Source: an uncultured delta proteobacterium | GTDB lineage: Bacteria; Myxococcota_A; Polyangia; Palsa-1104 | DNA length: 15,177 nucleotides | Direction: 5' to 3' | Assembly (NCBI GenBank): GCA_963785725.1 | Contig: CAWAWS010000041.1 | Coordinates: forward strand, 1-15,177 | Shown here: piece by piece, positions 1 to 7,281 of the stretch | Layout: the number at the start of each line of letters is the position of its first letter | Position numbering within the stretch: the stretch's first letter is position 1 | Position numbers and translations under genes: made by a program | Notes under the pieces: generated by a model | Seen by the model: only the letters and a program-made list of their open reading frames with translations | What the model was told of the DNA's origin: nothing | Database searches by the model: none

Positions 1-167
1 ACGATGTGACGTCGGTGAACGCCATCGAGACGCCGAGCGGCAACGGCATCTCCATGGCGCACATGGTCAGCGTCTCGTTGGCCAAGGGCAGCATCTCGCA
101 CATCATCAACGGCACCGGTGGCACCGTCGGCGACGGCGGCGGCCAGACCGCCTTCTCCGACAACTGA
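1..167 (+). CDS. 3' end of a probable glycoside hydrolase family 55 (exo-beta-1,3-glucanase-like) protein, partial
   Basis: Frame from position 3 reads DVTSVNAIETPSGNGISMAHMVSVSLAKGSISHIINGTGGTVGDGGGQTAFSDN* (TGA 165-167) with GC-rich third positions. The AIExP...HxVxVSL..GxIxHIINGTG pattern resembles the C-terminus of bacterial GH55 enzymes as recalled. Not in the ORF track. Confidence 0.55.
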   Translation, partial: DVTSVNAIETPSGNGISMAHMVSVSLAKGSISHIINGTGGTVGDGGGQTAFSDN

Positions 168-179
168 CGGCGCGCCGCC

Positions 180-206
180 CGTCGCGCTGAATGCCCGAGC
201 GCGACG
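180..206. terminator. Possible hairpin terminator between convergent genes
   Basis: 9-bp stem cgtcgcgct (180-188)/agcgcgacg (198-206) with a 9-nt loop; no U-tract. Confidence 0.25.
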
Positions 207-231
207 CCGCGATGCGGCCGCGACCAATCCC

Positions 232-1581
232 TTACGGCAAGCAGCAGTAGGTTTGCGCGCCGGTGCCGGCGACCGGAGTGCCCGAGACGGTGGCGCCGGG
301 CGCGCCGCACGTGGGCGCCGTGCCGCCGACGATCTTCAGCGAGGCGTAGGGCGTGCCGGGCGCGCTGCAGCTCTGCGTCGACGCCGCCAGCGTCAGCGCC
401 AGCGTGCCGCCGCAGCTCGCCCCGGTGTAGAAGCCGACGCTCGTGCCGCAGCTACCGCCCGACGCCGCCCCGCACGAGCACGAGCAGCTGCGCCCGTCGC
501 TGTAACCGGTGAACCAGCTGCCGGCGACGGCGCTATAACCGGGGTCGCAGGCGGTGACCTCGTTGGCGACCTCGCAGGTCTGGACCGCCAGCTTGGGCAC
601 GCACAGCATGCCGCCGGTGCAGCCGCCGCCGCGCGACGCGGTGGCGCAGAAGCGATCTTGCGTCGTCCAGGTCGGCGTCGGCTTCGCGCTGGTGCCGCCG
701 GGCGAGCACGTGCCGCCGCTGGCCGTGATGTTGCCGACGCTGACGCCTTTGGTGGGCGCGCTGACGTCGAAGTTGCGGCAGGTGCTCGCGGCCGAGTTGT
801 CGTCGCTCTCGCCGGAGCAGCTGGCGCTCGGGTACGACGTCGTGTCGGCCGAGCAGCTCTCGACGCCGGTGCAGGTGCAGCTCGTCGTCGTGCAGCTGCC
901 GCCGTTGAGGCCCGAGTCGAGCAAAGAGAGCGACGTGTACAAGGCGGGGCAAAAGCTGGCTTGGTCGACCACGATGCCGATGGAGAAGGGCGCGCTCACC
1001 GGCGGCACGCACTGCGCGTTGGTGCAATCGGAGTCGGCGCAGTCGATCTTGCCGTCACAGTCGTTGTCGATGCCGTCGAAGCAGTTGTCGCCGGTCTCGG
1101 CGACGGGGATGCACGTCATGTCGCCCGGCGGCGGCGTGAGATCGACCGGCAGCGCTTGATCGACGAGCGTCGTCAGATCGGGCGGCGGCTCCGTCACCAT
1201 GTCGGCGCCGCCGTCGGCGCCGTTGCCATGCACGGCCAGCGGCGTGGCTTCGCAGGACGCGGTCAGCAGCTGCGACGCCGTGCCCGTGCCGAGGACGTCC
1301 GTGCCGTCCAGCGCCTGCACGACGACGTCGATGGTTCGACCGCGCGGATAGCCGTTCGGGAACGCGACCTCGATGTTGCCGCTGGCGTATCCCGGCACGT
1401 GCGGCACCGATGACATCTTGCCGGCCTTGCCGCCGAGCGACAGCGTCACGGCGAGCGAGTTGGCGGCCACCGTCGCCGTATCGAGCGTCACGACGAGCAG
1501 CAGCGTCCCCGGATGGCAAGGCTCGGCGATGGGCCCGCAGCCGGCCACGACCAAGAGCAGCGTCAACGACAGCGCCCTCAC
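232..1581 (-). CDS. Cys-rich surface lipoprotein (paralog 2), about 449 aa, with a MopE-like putative metal-binding motif
   Basis: GTG start at 1581 overlaps the upstream TGA (GTGA). Signal VRALSLTLLLVVAG-C is a lipobox. It is followed by an N-terminal beta-rich domain, a PPPDL/DLT linker, DNCFDGIDNDCDGKIDC (PF11617-like) and a Cys-rich C-terminus ending YCCLP*. Confidence 0.85.
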   Translation of the reverse strand: MRALSLTLLLVVAGCGPIAEPCHPGTLLLVVTLDTATVAANSLAVTLSLGGKAGKMSSVPHVPGYASGNIEVAFPNGYPRGRTIDVVVQALDGTDVLGTGTASQLLTASCEATPLAVHGNGADGGADMVTEPPPDLTTLVDQALPVDLTPPPGDMTCIPVAETGDNCFDGIDNDCDGKIDCADSDCTNAQCVPPVSAPFSIGIVVDQASFCPALYTSLSLLDSGLNGGSCTTTSCTCTGVESCSADTTSYPSASCSGESDDNSAASTCRNFDVSAPTKGVSVGNITASGGTCSPGGTSAKPTPTWTTQDRFCATASRGGGCTGGMLCVPKLAVQTCEVANEVTACDPGYSAVAGSWFTGYSDGRSCSCSCGAASGGSCGTSVGFYTGASCGGTLALTLAASTQSCSAPGTPYASLKIVGGTAPTCGAPGATVSGTPVAGTGAQTYCCLP

Positions 1582-2919
1582 TGGCAGCACACGGTGCTGG
1601 GGCCGGTGAAGGTGATCGTGCCCGTCTGCTTGACCGACAAGGTGCAGCCGCCGGTGACGGCGGCGGCCTGATACGCGTTGCTGCAGTAGGGGCTCGCCTC
1701 GGCGTGCGCCGTCGTCGGATCGCAGCCCTTCGAGTCGAAGAAGTCGACGCCGACGCTGCTGTCCTTGCAGCCGGCGGCCGCCGCGCCGCAGCTGCAGCTG
1801 CACATGCGCCCGTCGCTGGGCGTGCTGTACCACGTTATGCCGGTGGGATAATTCACCGGGCAGGTGGCGTTGGCGGTGCCTGTCGAGACGCACTGCTTGG
1901 TGCCGCGCGCGACGCAGACTTGGCCGCTGCCGCAGCCGCCGCCAGGTGCGCCGGTGAGCGCGCAGCTGACGGCCGACGTCAGCTGCGGCGGCGTGACCGG
2001 CGCCGCCGAGCCGCTCTGCCCGCACGACAACGTGCCGTTGATCGCGCCCCACGAATAGGACGAGCCTTCGTCGACTTGCTGGCACGACGACAGCGTCGTC
2101 GACGTGTTGACGCCGCCGCCGCAGCCGAGCGTGAGGTTGAACGTCGTGCTGCAGCCGGTCGCGGCGCAGCTGCACGTGCTCGTGCAACCGCCGCCGTTGG
2201 GATCGGCGACGTAGACGGCGCCGCCGCTCGTGTGCGCCGGACACGCCGCCGCCGCCGGCTCCTCGGTCCCGTAGGTGAACGGCGCCGTCGTGACCGGCAC
2301 GCAGACGGCGACGGGCGCGCAGTCGGAGTCGTCGCAGTCGACGTGGCCGTCGCAGTCGTCGTCGATGCCGTTGAAGCAGTTCTCGACGCCGCCGCCGGGG
2401 CAAGCCAAGTCGGGCGGCGGCGCTCTCAGAATCGGGCGGCGTCGGCGTCAGATCGGGCGGCGTCGCGGGCGAGAGATCGGCCGACAACAGGTCGCCGCTT
2501 GCGGCCGACGACAAATCGCCGGTCAGGCTCGCGTCCGCCGGCGGCGCCGCGGCGTCGACCGCCAACATCACCGCTTGGCAGGCGCCGGCCAGCGTCACCG
2601 ACGCGCTGCCCGCGCCGACGACGACGCCGGCCGCGCGCGCAGTGACGCTGACGTCGGCGACGCTGCCGCGCGGATAGCCCTTCGGAAATTCGACGACGAC
2701 GTTGCCGCCGGCCACGCCCGCCCGGTGCGCGAGCATCGTGGCGACGGCCCTCCCGTGGTCGAGCACGATCGACACGTCGAGCTCGTCAGCCGCCGCGACC
2801 GGCCCGCCGTCGAGCGTCACGGCGATGGCGAGCGTGCCCGGACGGCAGGGCTCGACCAGCGGATCGCAGCCGGCCAGCAACATCAATGACAGCGTCGCCA
2901 TCAGCCGCTCAGTTGCCAT
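1578..2919 (-). pseudogene. Cys-rich surface lipoprotein (paralog 1), interrupted by a +1 frameshift at 2430-2431 (true pseudogene or sequence error)
   Basis: The N-terminal half (MATERLMATLSLMLLAG-CDPLVEPCRPGTL...FPKGYPRG) is in the 232..3015 frame and the C-terminal half (ACPGGGVENCFNGIDDDCDGHVDC...VCCQ*) is in the 1578..2408 frame. Deleting one A at 2430/2431 gives a continuous 446-aa protein (...PPDLTPTPPDLRAPPPDLACP...) colinear with paralog 2. Alternative start at 2901. Confidence 0.8.
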
Positions 2920-3535
2920 TGACGGAGCCGAAAGTGGACGCCGGATAGCTGTGGCCGCGCGTTCCGACCGCCGCCCCGACGGCGACGCCGGTAATGACGA
3001 TCGCCGCCGCGCCACCGACGGCGACCCAGAACCACGGCCGGCGCACGAGCGGCTTGGGCCGCGGCGGCGGCGGGCTGGCCACGAGCGTCGTCACGCCGCT
3101 GCTCGGCGTCTGCATGCCCGTCGGCGGCGCCACTTTGGCGCGCTCGTCCAGGGCGATCGCCTCTTTGAGCTGCTCGATCTGCCGCTTGACGTCGTCGGAG
3201 TTGGGGATCTGCTCGCCATAGAGCCGGTAGTAGTTCTGATAGAGCGTGAGCGCGCGCGTCTTGTTGCCGTTGAAGCGATAGGCCTGCGCCGCGTTGTAGA
3301 GCAGCGCCGGATCGGGCTTGAGCTCGAACGCGCGCTCGAACAGCGGCGCCGCCTCGCCGTAACGGCCGAGCGCGTAGAGCGCGCTGCCGCGCTCGAACAG
3401 CGGCCTCGGATCCTCGGCGGTCGTCGCGGCCGGCGCATTCGGCGGCGGGCTCGCCGTCCCGCCGTCAGCGAGCGAGTCGGCCGCCAGCCACAGCGACGAG
3501 AAAACGACGGCGAGGCGCACCCAAGACCGAGCCAT
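2909..3535 (-). CDS. Exported tetratricopeptide-repeat protein with a C-terminal hydrophobic/TM segment, 208 aa
   Basis: Signal peptide, TPR helices (LFERGSALYALGRYGEAAPLFERAFELKPDPALLYNAAQAY), a Pro-rich linker, then RRPWFWVAVGGAAAIVITGVAVG. Purine-rich RBS (GGGGGA) just upstream of the ATG. Confidence 0.88.
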   Translation of the reverse strand: MARSWVRLAVVFSSLWLAADSLADGGTASPPPNAPAATTAEDPRPLFERGSALYALGRYGEAAPLFERAFELKPDPALLYNAAQAYRFNGNKTRALTLYQNYYRLYGEQIPNSDDVKRQIEQLKEAIALDERAKVAPPTGMQTPSSGVTTLVASPPPPRPKPLVRRPWFWVAVGGAAAIVITGVAVGAAVGTRGHSYPASTFGSVNGN

Positions 3536-3645
3536 GCAGCTTCCCCCTGCGACGAACGTGAATGAGCCGTTACGTTTGTCACTCTATGAGAACGCGTCCG
3601 CCGTTGCGCGTCAAGGAACGCGAGTAGTTGCGGCGACATGTCGCG

Positions 3646-3674
3646 TTGACACGACGGCGACGGCCTGCGACCAT
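3646..3674 (+). promoter_or_regulatory. Putative sigma70-type promoter for the rightward TPR operon
   Basis: Perfect -35 TTGACA (3646-3651), 17-bp spacer, -10-like GACCAT (3669-3674). The perfect palindrome GCGACATGTCGC lies just upstream at 3633-3644. Confidence 0.5.
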
Positions 3675-3703
3675 CCCGCGCGCATGGGGACGTCGAAACG
3701 CTA

Positions 3704-4468
3704 ATGAAAGCCCTTACCTGGATTCCGCTCTGCCTCATCGTCTGTTTGGCGACGACGACGGCGCGCGCCGATGATCCGGCCGCCGCGCGCCTGCACTATA
3801 AGGAAGGCACCAAGGCGTTCGACCTCGGCCTCTACGACAAGGCGATCGCCGAGTACATGACGGCGTATCAGGCCGTGAACGATCCGGCGCTGCTCTATAA
3901 CTTGGCGCAGGCGCATCGCTTGGCGGGCCATCCGCGGGATGCGTTGCGTTTTTATCGCGTCTATTTGCAGCGGCTGCCGGGCGCGGAGAATCGCCCCGAG
4001 GTCGAGGAGAAGATCGTCGAGCTCAAGCAAGTGGTCGACCGGCTCGATCGCGCGCAGAACGACCTGCAGCCCGATCACGCGCTCGACACCGGCGCGCCGG
4101 CGACGACGTCGACGACGAACGCGGCAGGCGTGACGCCCGCGGCCGTGGTCGCGCCGCCGGCACCGCCGCCGCCGCCGGGACGCACGCTGCGCTGGGCCGG
4201 CATCGGCACCGGCGCCGTCGGCGTGGGTGCGCTCGCCGTCGGCATCGCGTTCGGCGCGCTGGCACAGAGCGCGTCGAGCAGCCTCACCAACACCAGCCAC
4301 GCCGGCGGCTTCTACGATCCCGGCAAATATTCGACGGGCCACACGGATCAGATCGTCGAAGGCGTGACGCTCGGCATCGGCGCCGCGGCGGTCGCCACCG
4401 GCGTCGTGCTCTACGTCCTCGGACGCCGCGCGGCCACGCACGAGCGCACGGTCGCGTGGCAACGATGA
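3704..4468 (+). CDS. Exported tetratricopeptide-repeat protein with two Gly-rich hydrophobic C-terminal segments, 254 aa
   Basis: Signal peptide (TARA/DD), TPR (HYKEGTKAFDLGLYDKAIAEYMTAYQAVNDPALLYNLAQAHR), coiled coil, Pro linker, then WAGIGTGAVGVGALAVGIAFG and LGIGAAAVATGVVLYVLG. Paralogous to 2909..3535. Confidence 0.88.
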   Translation: MKALTWIPLCLIVCLATTTARADDPAAARLHYKEGTKAFDLGLYDKAIAEYMTAYQAVNDPALLYNLAQAHRLAGHPRDALRFYRVYLQRLPGAENRPEVEEKIVELKQVVDRLDRAQNDLQPDHALDTGAPATTSTTNAAGVTPAAVVAPPAPPPPPGRTLRWAGIGTGAVGVGALAVGIAFGALAQSASSSLTNTSHAGGFYDPGKYSTGHTDQIVEGVTLGIGAAAVATGVVLYVLGRRAATHERTVAWQR

Positions 4469-5862
4469 TGCCCGTCATCATTGACGTTCGCCGCCTCGCC
4501 GTCGCCTGTATGCTCATGGCGGCCGGCTGTTTCGCGCCCAGCTTCGACTCCGGCAAGCTGCGCTGCTCCGAGGTCGGCAGCGAGTGTCCGCCCGGCTTCC
4601 ACTGCGACGACGGGCTGTGCTTCAAGCTCGGCGAGCGCGACGCGGCCGCGCCCGGCCAAGACGGCGGCAACGGCGGTGACGGCGACGGCGGCGCGGTCGG
4701 CGCCGACCTGTTGGCGACGACGATGACGCTGGCCCTCGGCGTGCCCTGCGCCAACGGCACGCAGTGCGTCACCGGCATCTGCGCCGACGGCGTCTGCTGC
4801 GACAAGCCGTGCGACGGCATCTGCGTCTCCTGCAGCGCCGCCAACAGCGTCGGCACCTGCACGCCGGTCCTGCGCGGCGTCGCGTCGCCGGTCGGCCACC
4901 CCAGCTGCGCCAGCGACGACAAGTCGACCTGCATGCACGACGGCACCTGCGACGGCGCCGGCGGCTGCGCCTTGTGGGCGGCGGCGACGACGTGCAAAGG
5001 CTCGAGCTGCAACTCGTCGAACCAGATGGTCACGCCCATCTCGACCTGCGACGGCAAAGGCACCTGCGTCACGCCCAGCCCCATCGCCTGCTCGCCCTAT
5101 TTGTGCGAGGACACGACGCAGTGCTGGCCTTCGTGCGCGACGGCGACGTCGGCGCAGCAGTGCGCGGCGTCGTTCACCTGCGTCGGCAGCTCGTGCGGAC
5201 AGAAGGCGGCCGGCGCCAGCTGCAGCGCCGACACCGAGTGCCAAAGCACGCACTGCGCCGACGGCGTGTGCTGCAACACGGTCTGCGGCGGCACCTGCGA
5301 GAAGTGCAATTTGTCGGCGACGCTGGGCACGTGCACGCCGATGGCCGCCGGCAGCCAAGCGGCGCACGGCAGCTGCGCCGGCTACGGCACGACCTGCGGC
5401 AGCGCCTGCGACGGCACGACCCGCGCCAGCTGCACCTTCGCCGCCGGCGGCAGCAGCTGCAGCGACGGCAACGCCTGCACCTACAACGACGTCTGCAACG
5501 GCTCGGGCGGCTGCGCCGGCACCGCCGTCAGCTGCCCGGCCAACAGCGCCTGCGCGTCCTACTCGTGCAACGGCACCGCCACCTGCGCCGCCAGCTACGG
5601 CAACGGCAACGCCTGCGACGACGGCAACGCCTGCACCTACAACGACGTCTGCAACGGCTCGGGCGGCTGCGCCGGCACCGCCGTGACCTGCGCGTCGGCG
5701 GGCACCTGCTCGAGCTACGTCTGCAACGGCACCGCGACCTGCACGTTGGTGGAGGCGAGCGCCGGCACGTACTGCGGCAGCTGCCGCTGCGGCGACTACG
5801 AGTGCAACGGCTCGGGCGGCTGCATCGCCAACGGCTGCCGCAGCAGCGGCGACTGCCCGTGA
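4465..5862 (+). CDS. Very Cys-rich repetitive surface lipoprotein, about 465 aa
   Basis: ATG at 4465 overlaps the TPR gene stop (ATGA); alternative GTG at 4456. Lipobox MLMAAG-C. Two CADGVCC...GTC units and two C(S/D)DGNACTYNDVC units, the latter resembling Dictyostelium CTDC-type repeats. Confidence 0.88.
   Translation: MMPVIIDVRRLAVACMLMAAGCFAPSFDSGKLRCSEVGSECPPGFHCDDGLCFKLGERDAAAPGQDGGNGGDGDGGAVGADLLATTMTLALGVPCANGTQCVTGICADGVCCDKPCDGICVSCSAANSVGTCTPVLRGVASPVGHPSCASDDKSTCMHDGTCDGAGGCALWAAATTCKGSSCNSSNQMVTPISTCDGKGTCVTPSPIACSPYLCEDTTQCWPSCATATSAQQCAASFTCVGSSCGQKAAGASCSADTECQSTHCADGVCCNTVCGGTCEKCNLSATLGTCTPMAAGSQAAHGSCAGYGTTCGSACDGTTRASCTFAAGGSSCSDGNACTYNDVCNGSGGCAGTAVSCPANSACASYSCNGTATCAASYGNGNACDDGNACTYNDVCNGSGGCAGTAVTCASAGTCSSYVCNGTATCTLVEASAGTYCGSCRCGDYECNGSGGCIANGCRSSGDCP
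5463..5684 (+). repeat. 66-bp perfect direct repeat within the Cys-rich gene (5463-5528 and 5619-5684)
   Basis: cgacggcaacgcctgcacctacaacgacgtctgcaacggctcgggcggctgcgccggcaccgccgt occurs twice at an offset of 156 nt (52 codons). Confidence 0.9.
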
Positions 5863-5876
5863 CCGCGCGCGGCTAG

Positions 5877-6031
5877 CGGCTGTTCTCAATCAGCTCCCGT
5901 CGCCAAGCTTGCTGCGGGCCGCGTCTGCTTCGTTGCTCATCGCTCAGTTACCGCCAGTAGCTTCGCTCTTCGCGCCTCGCAGCCGCGGCTCCTCGCGGCG
6001 CTTGGCTCGGTCCGCCAATTGAGAACAGCCC
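5877..6031. mobile_element. MITE-like non-autonomous palindromic element, 155 bp
   Basis: 13-bp perfect terminal inverted repeat GGCTGTTCTCAAT (5878-5890)/ATTGAGAACAGCC (6018-6030) with a mismatched outermost base. CTAG lies on both sides (5873-5876, 6032-6035). Nested internal pairing; no credible ORF. Confidence 0.72.
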
Positions 6032-6502
6032 CTAGCGTCGGCTCTGCATGATCGCGACGAACAACGAGACGGCGCCGACCGCGACGTCGGCGGCGTTGCA
6101 CGGCCGATTGTGCTCGACGGTGATGTCCGAGTAGCCGCCGGGGATCGTCGTGGTCTCGCCCGTCGTCGTCGTGGCCGGGAAGTCGCCGCCAAAGCCGCCA
6201 CGGTGGATCGTCAGCTCGCCGCGATCGTAGCTGGCGAGCACCTGCGGCCCACCGAGGCCGGCGACGGCGATCTCGTTGGCGCTGGAGAAGAAGGCGAGCC
6301 GCGTGTCGCCGAACGCCGTGTGCGAATAGCCCTCGCCGTTGAAGACGGTGACGGCGAGGTTGTTGCCGAGTGGCTGCTCGATCCAGACGCGGCAGCTCTG
6401 ATCGGTGCGCAGCTCGGCGATCTCGGGCCCGCAGCCGGACAGCGCCGCGGCGACGATGAGGACGGGCAAGAGCGAGCGCGACCGGCGACTGAGCTTCGAC
6501 AT
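6032..6502 (-). CDS. Hypothetical lipoprotein, 156 aa
   Basis: ATG at 6502. Basic n-region, hydrophobic stretch and lipobox (MSKLSRRSRSLLPVLIVAAALSG-C); good GC3 bias; hydrophobic C-terminal helix. Confidence 0.75.
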   Translation of the reverse strand: MSKLSRRSRSLLPVLIVAAALSGCGPEIAELRTDQSCRVWIEQPLGNNLAVTVFNGEGYSHTAFGDTRLAFFSSANEIAVAGLGGPQVLASYDRGELTIHRGGFGGDFPATTTTGETTTIPGGYSDITVEHNRPCNAADVAVGAVSLFVAIMQSRR

Positions 6503-6514
6503 GCGCCGGCGTTT

Positions 6515-6530
6515 TGCACGCGCGATGCCA
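6515..6530 (-). promoter_or_regulatory. Putative sigma54 (-24/-12) promoter
   Basis: Minus strand TGGCATCGCGCGTGCA with correct GG-N10-GC spacing, 12 nt upstream of ATG 6502. Confidence 0.55.
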
Positions 6531-6636
6531 CACGCTCTTTCGCCCATTTAGCCGCGATTTGCCGGGCGGCGCGTAGTGCGCCAGGCCACGCGCGGCCGCC
6601 GCAGTCGCCAGCCGTCGTCATCGCATGAGCCGCGAG

Positions 6637-7215
6637 TCAGTCGCCGGCGAGCGGACGCAGCTCGGCCGCGAGCGGCGCCGGCAGCCGCGCCAAGAAGGCC
6701 TCGACATCGACGCGTGTCATCGCCGGCAACATGAACCCGATCATCAGGCGCTGATCGTCGGGCGCCGTCCGCGCCACCGATTCGCGACCGAAGCTCGCCA
6801 GCTCGTCGGCGGTCAGCGCCGCGCGAATCAGCGGCTCGAGCGCCTGCTCCTCTTCGTGCATATGCTCGAGATAGCAGGCGGCGAAGTGGCCGGCCTGCGC
6901 GTAGAGCACCTCGCCGGACGCGGAGTCGAGCGCCGCTTGCAGCGCCGTCGCCGGCGCCTGCAGCGCGGCGTGCGCGGCCGTCATGCGCGCGTGCACCTCG
7001 GGCGCGGCGCGCGCGAGCAGCGGCAGGAGCAGGACATCCTCGTTCTCGCCGTGATGCGCCACGAAATGCAGCGCCTGTCGCAAGAGCGCGCGCGCCCGCG
7101 CGAGCCGCGCGGCGTCGTCGCCGGCGCGGCCGAGCGCGGACGTGGCCGCGAACAGCGCCTGGCGAATGCCTTTGTGAACGTTGGTGAAGAGGTCGGGAGC
7201 TTGGGTGGTCGTCAT
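6637..7215 (-). CDS. Hemerythrin (HHE cation-binding) domain protein, about 192 aa
   Basis: Motifs DLFTNVHKGIR, HHGENEDVLLLPLL, AAHAAL and HMHEEEQALEPLI fit the H/HxxxE/H/HxxxE pattern. Alternative start at 7224. Confidence 0.85.
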   Translation of the reverse strand: MTTTQAPDLFTNVHKGIRQALFAATSALGRAGDDAARLARARALLRQALHFVAHHGENEDVLLLPLLARAAPEVHARMTAAHAALQAPATALQAALDSASGEVLYAQAGHFAACYLEHMHEEEQALEPLIRAALTADELASFGRESVARTAPDDQRLMIGFMLPAMTRVDVEAFLARLPAPLAAELRPLAGD

Positions 7216-7249
7216 GTCGCTCATCCTGGCGCGCGGTCGCCGCCGGCGA

Positions 7250-7265
7250 TTGGACGAATCCGACA
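7250..7265 (-). promoter_or_regulatory. Candidate binding site for the adjacent AraC-family regulator
   Basis: TGTCGGATTCGTCCAA lies just downstream of the AraC gene and about 21 nt upstream of a -10-like CAGGAT (7223-7228). It resembles GTCnGATTynTnCAA motifs recalled next to this AraC subfamily. Confidence 0.45.
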
Positions 7266-7281
7266 TCCTGCGTAGGCAGCG

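Noticed and set aside
1578..2408. 276-aa ORF as an independent gene
   Set aside because: It has a TTG start with no RBS or signal peptide and is the C-terminal half of the frameshifted lipoprotein.
232..3015. 927-aa ORF as a single gene
   Set aside because: It is a chimera: paralog 1 N-terminus, about 280 off-frame Arg-rich codons caused by the 2430 indel, then paralog 2, which has its own GTG start and lipobox.
3563..3588. TGAGCCG...CTCTATG as a third copy of the ECF promoter motif
   Set aside because: The spacing is 5 nt shorter than in the two copies at 14225-14298 and the boxes match only partly.
3581..3614. Leftward sigma70 promoter TTGACG...TAGAGT
   Set aside because: The 22-bp spacer is too long for a canonical -35/-10 pair, so it is not called as a feature.
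5463..5684. Repeat pair as a diversity-generating retroelement TR/VR
   Set aside because: The copies are identical, both lie inside one CDS, there are no adenine-specific mismatches and no reverse transcriptase is present.
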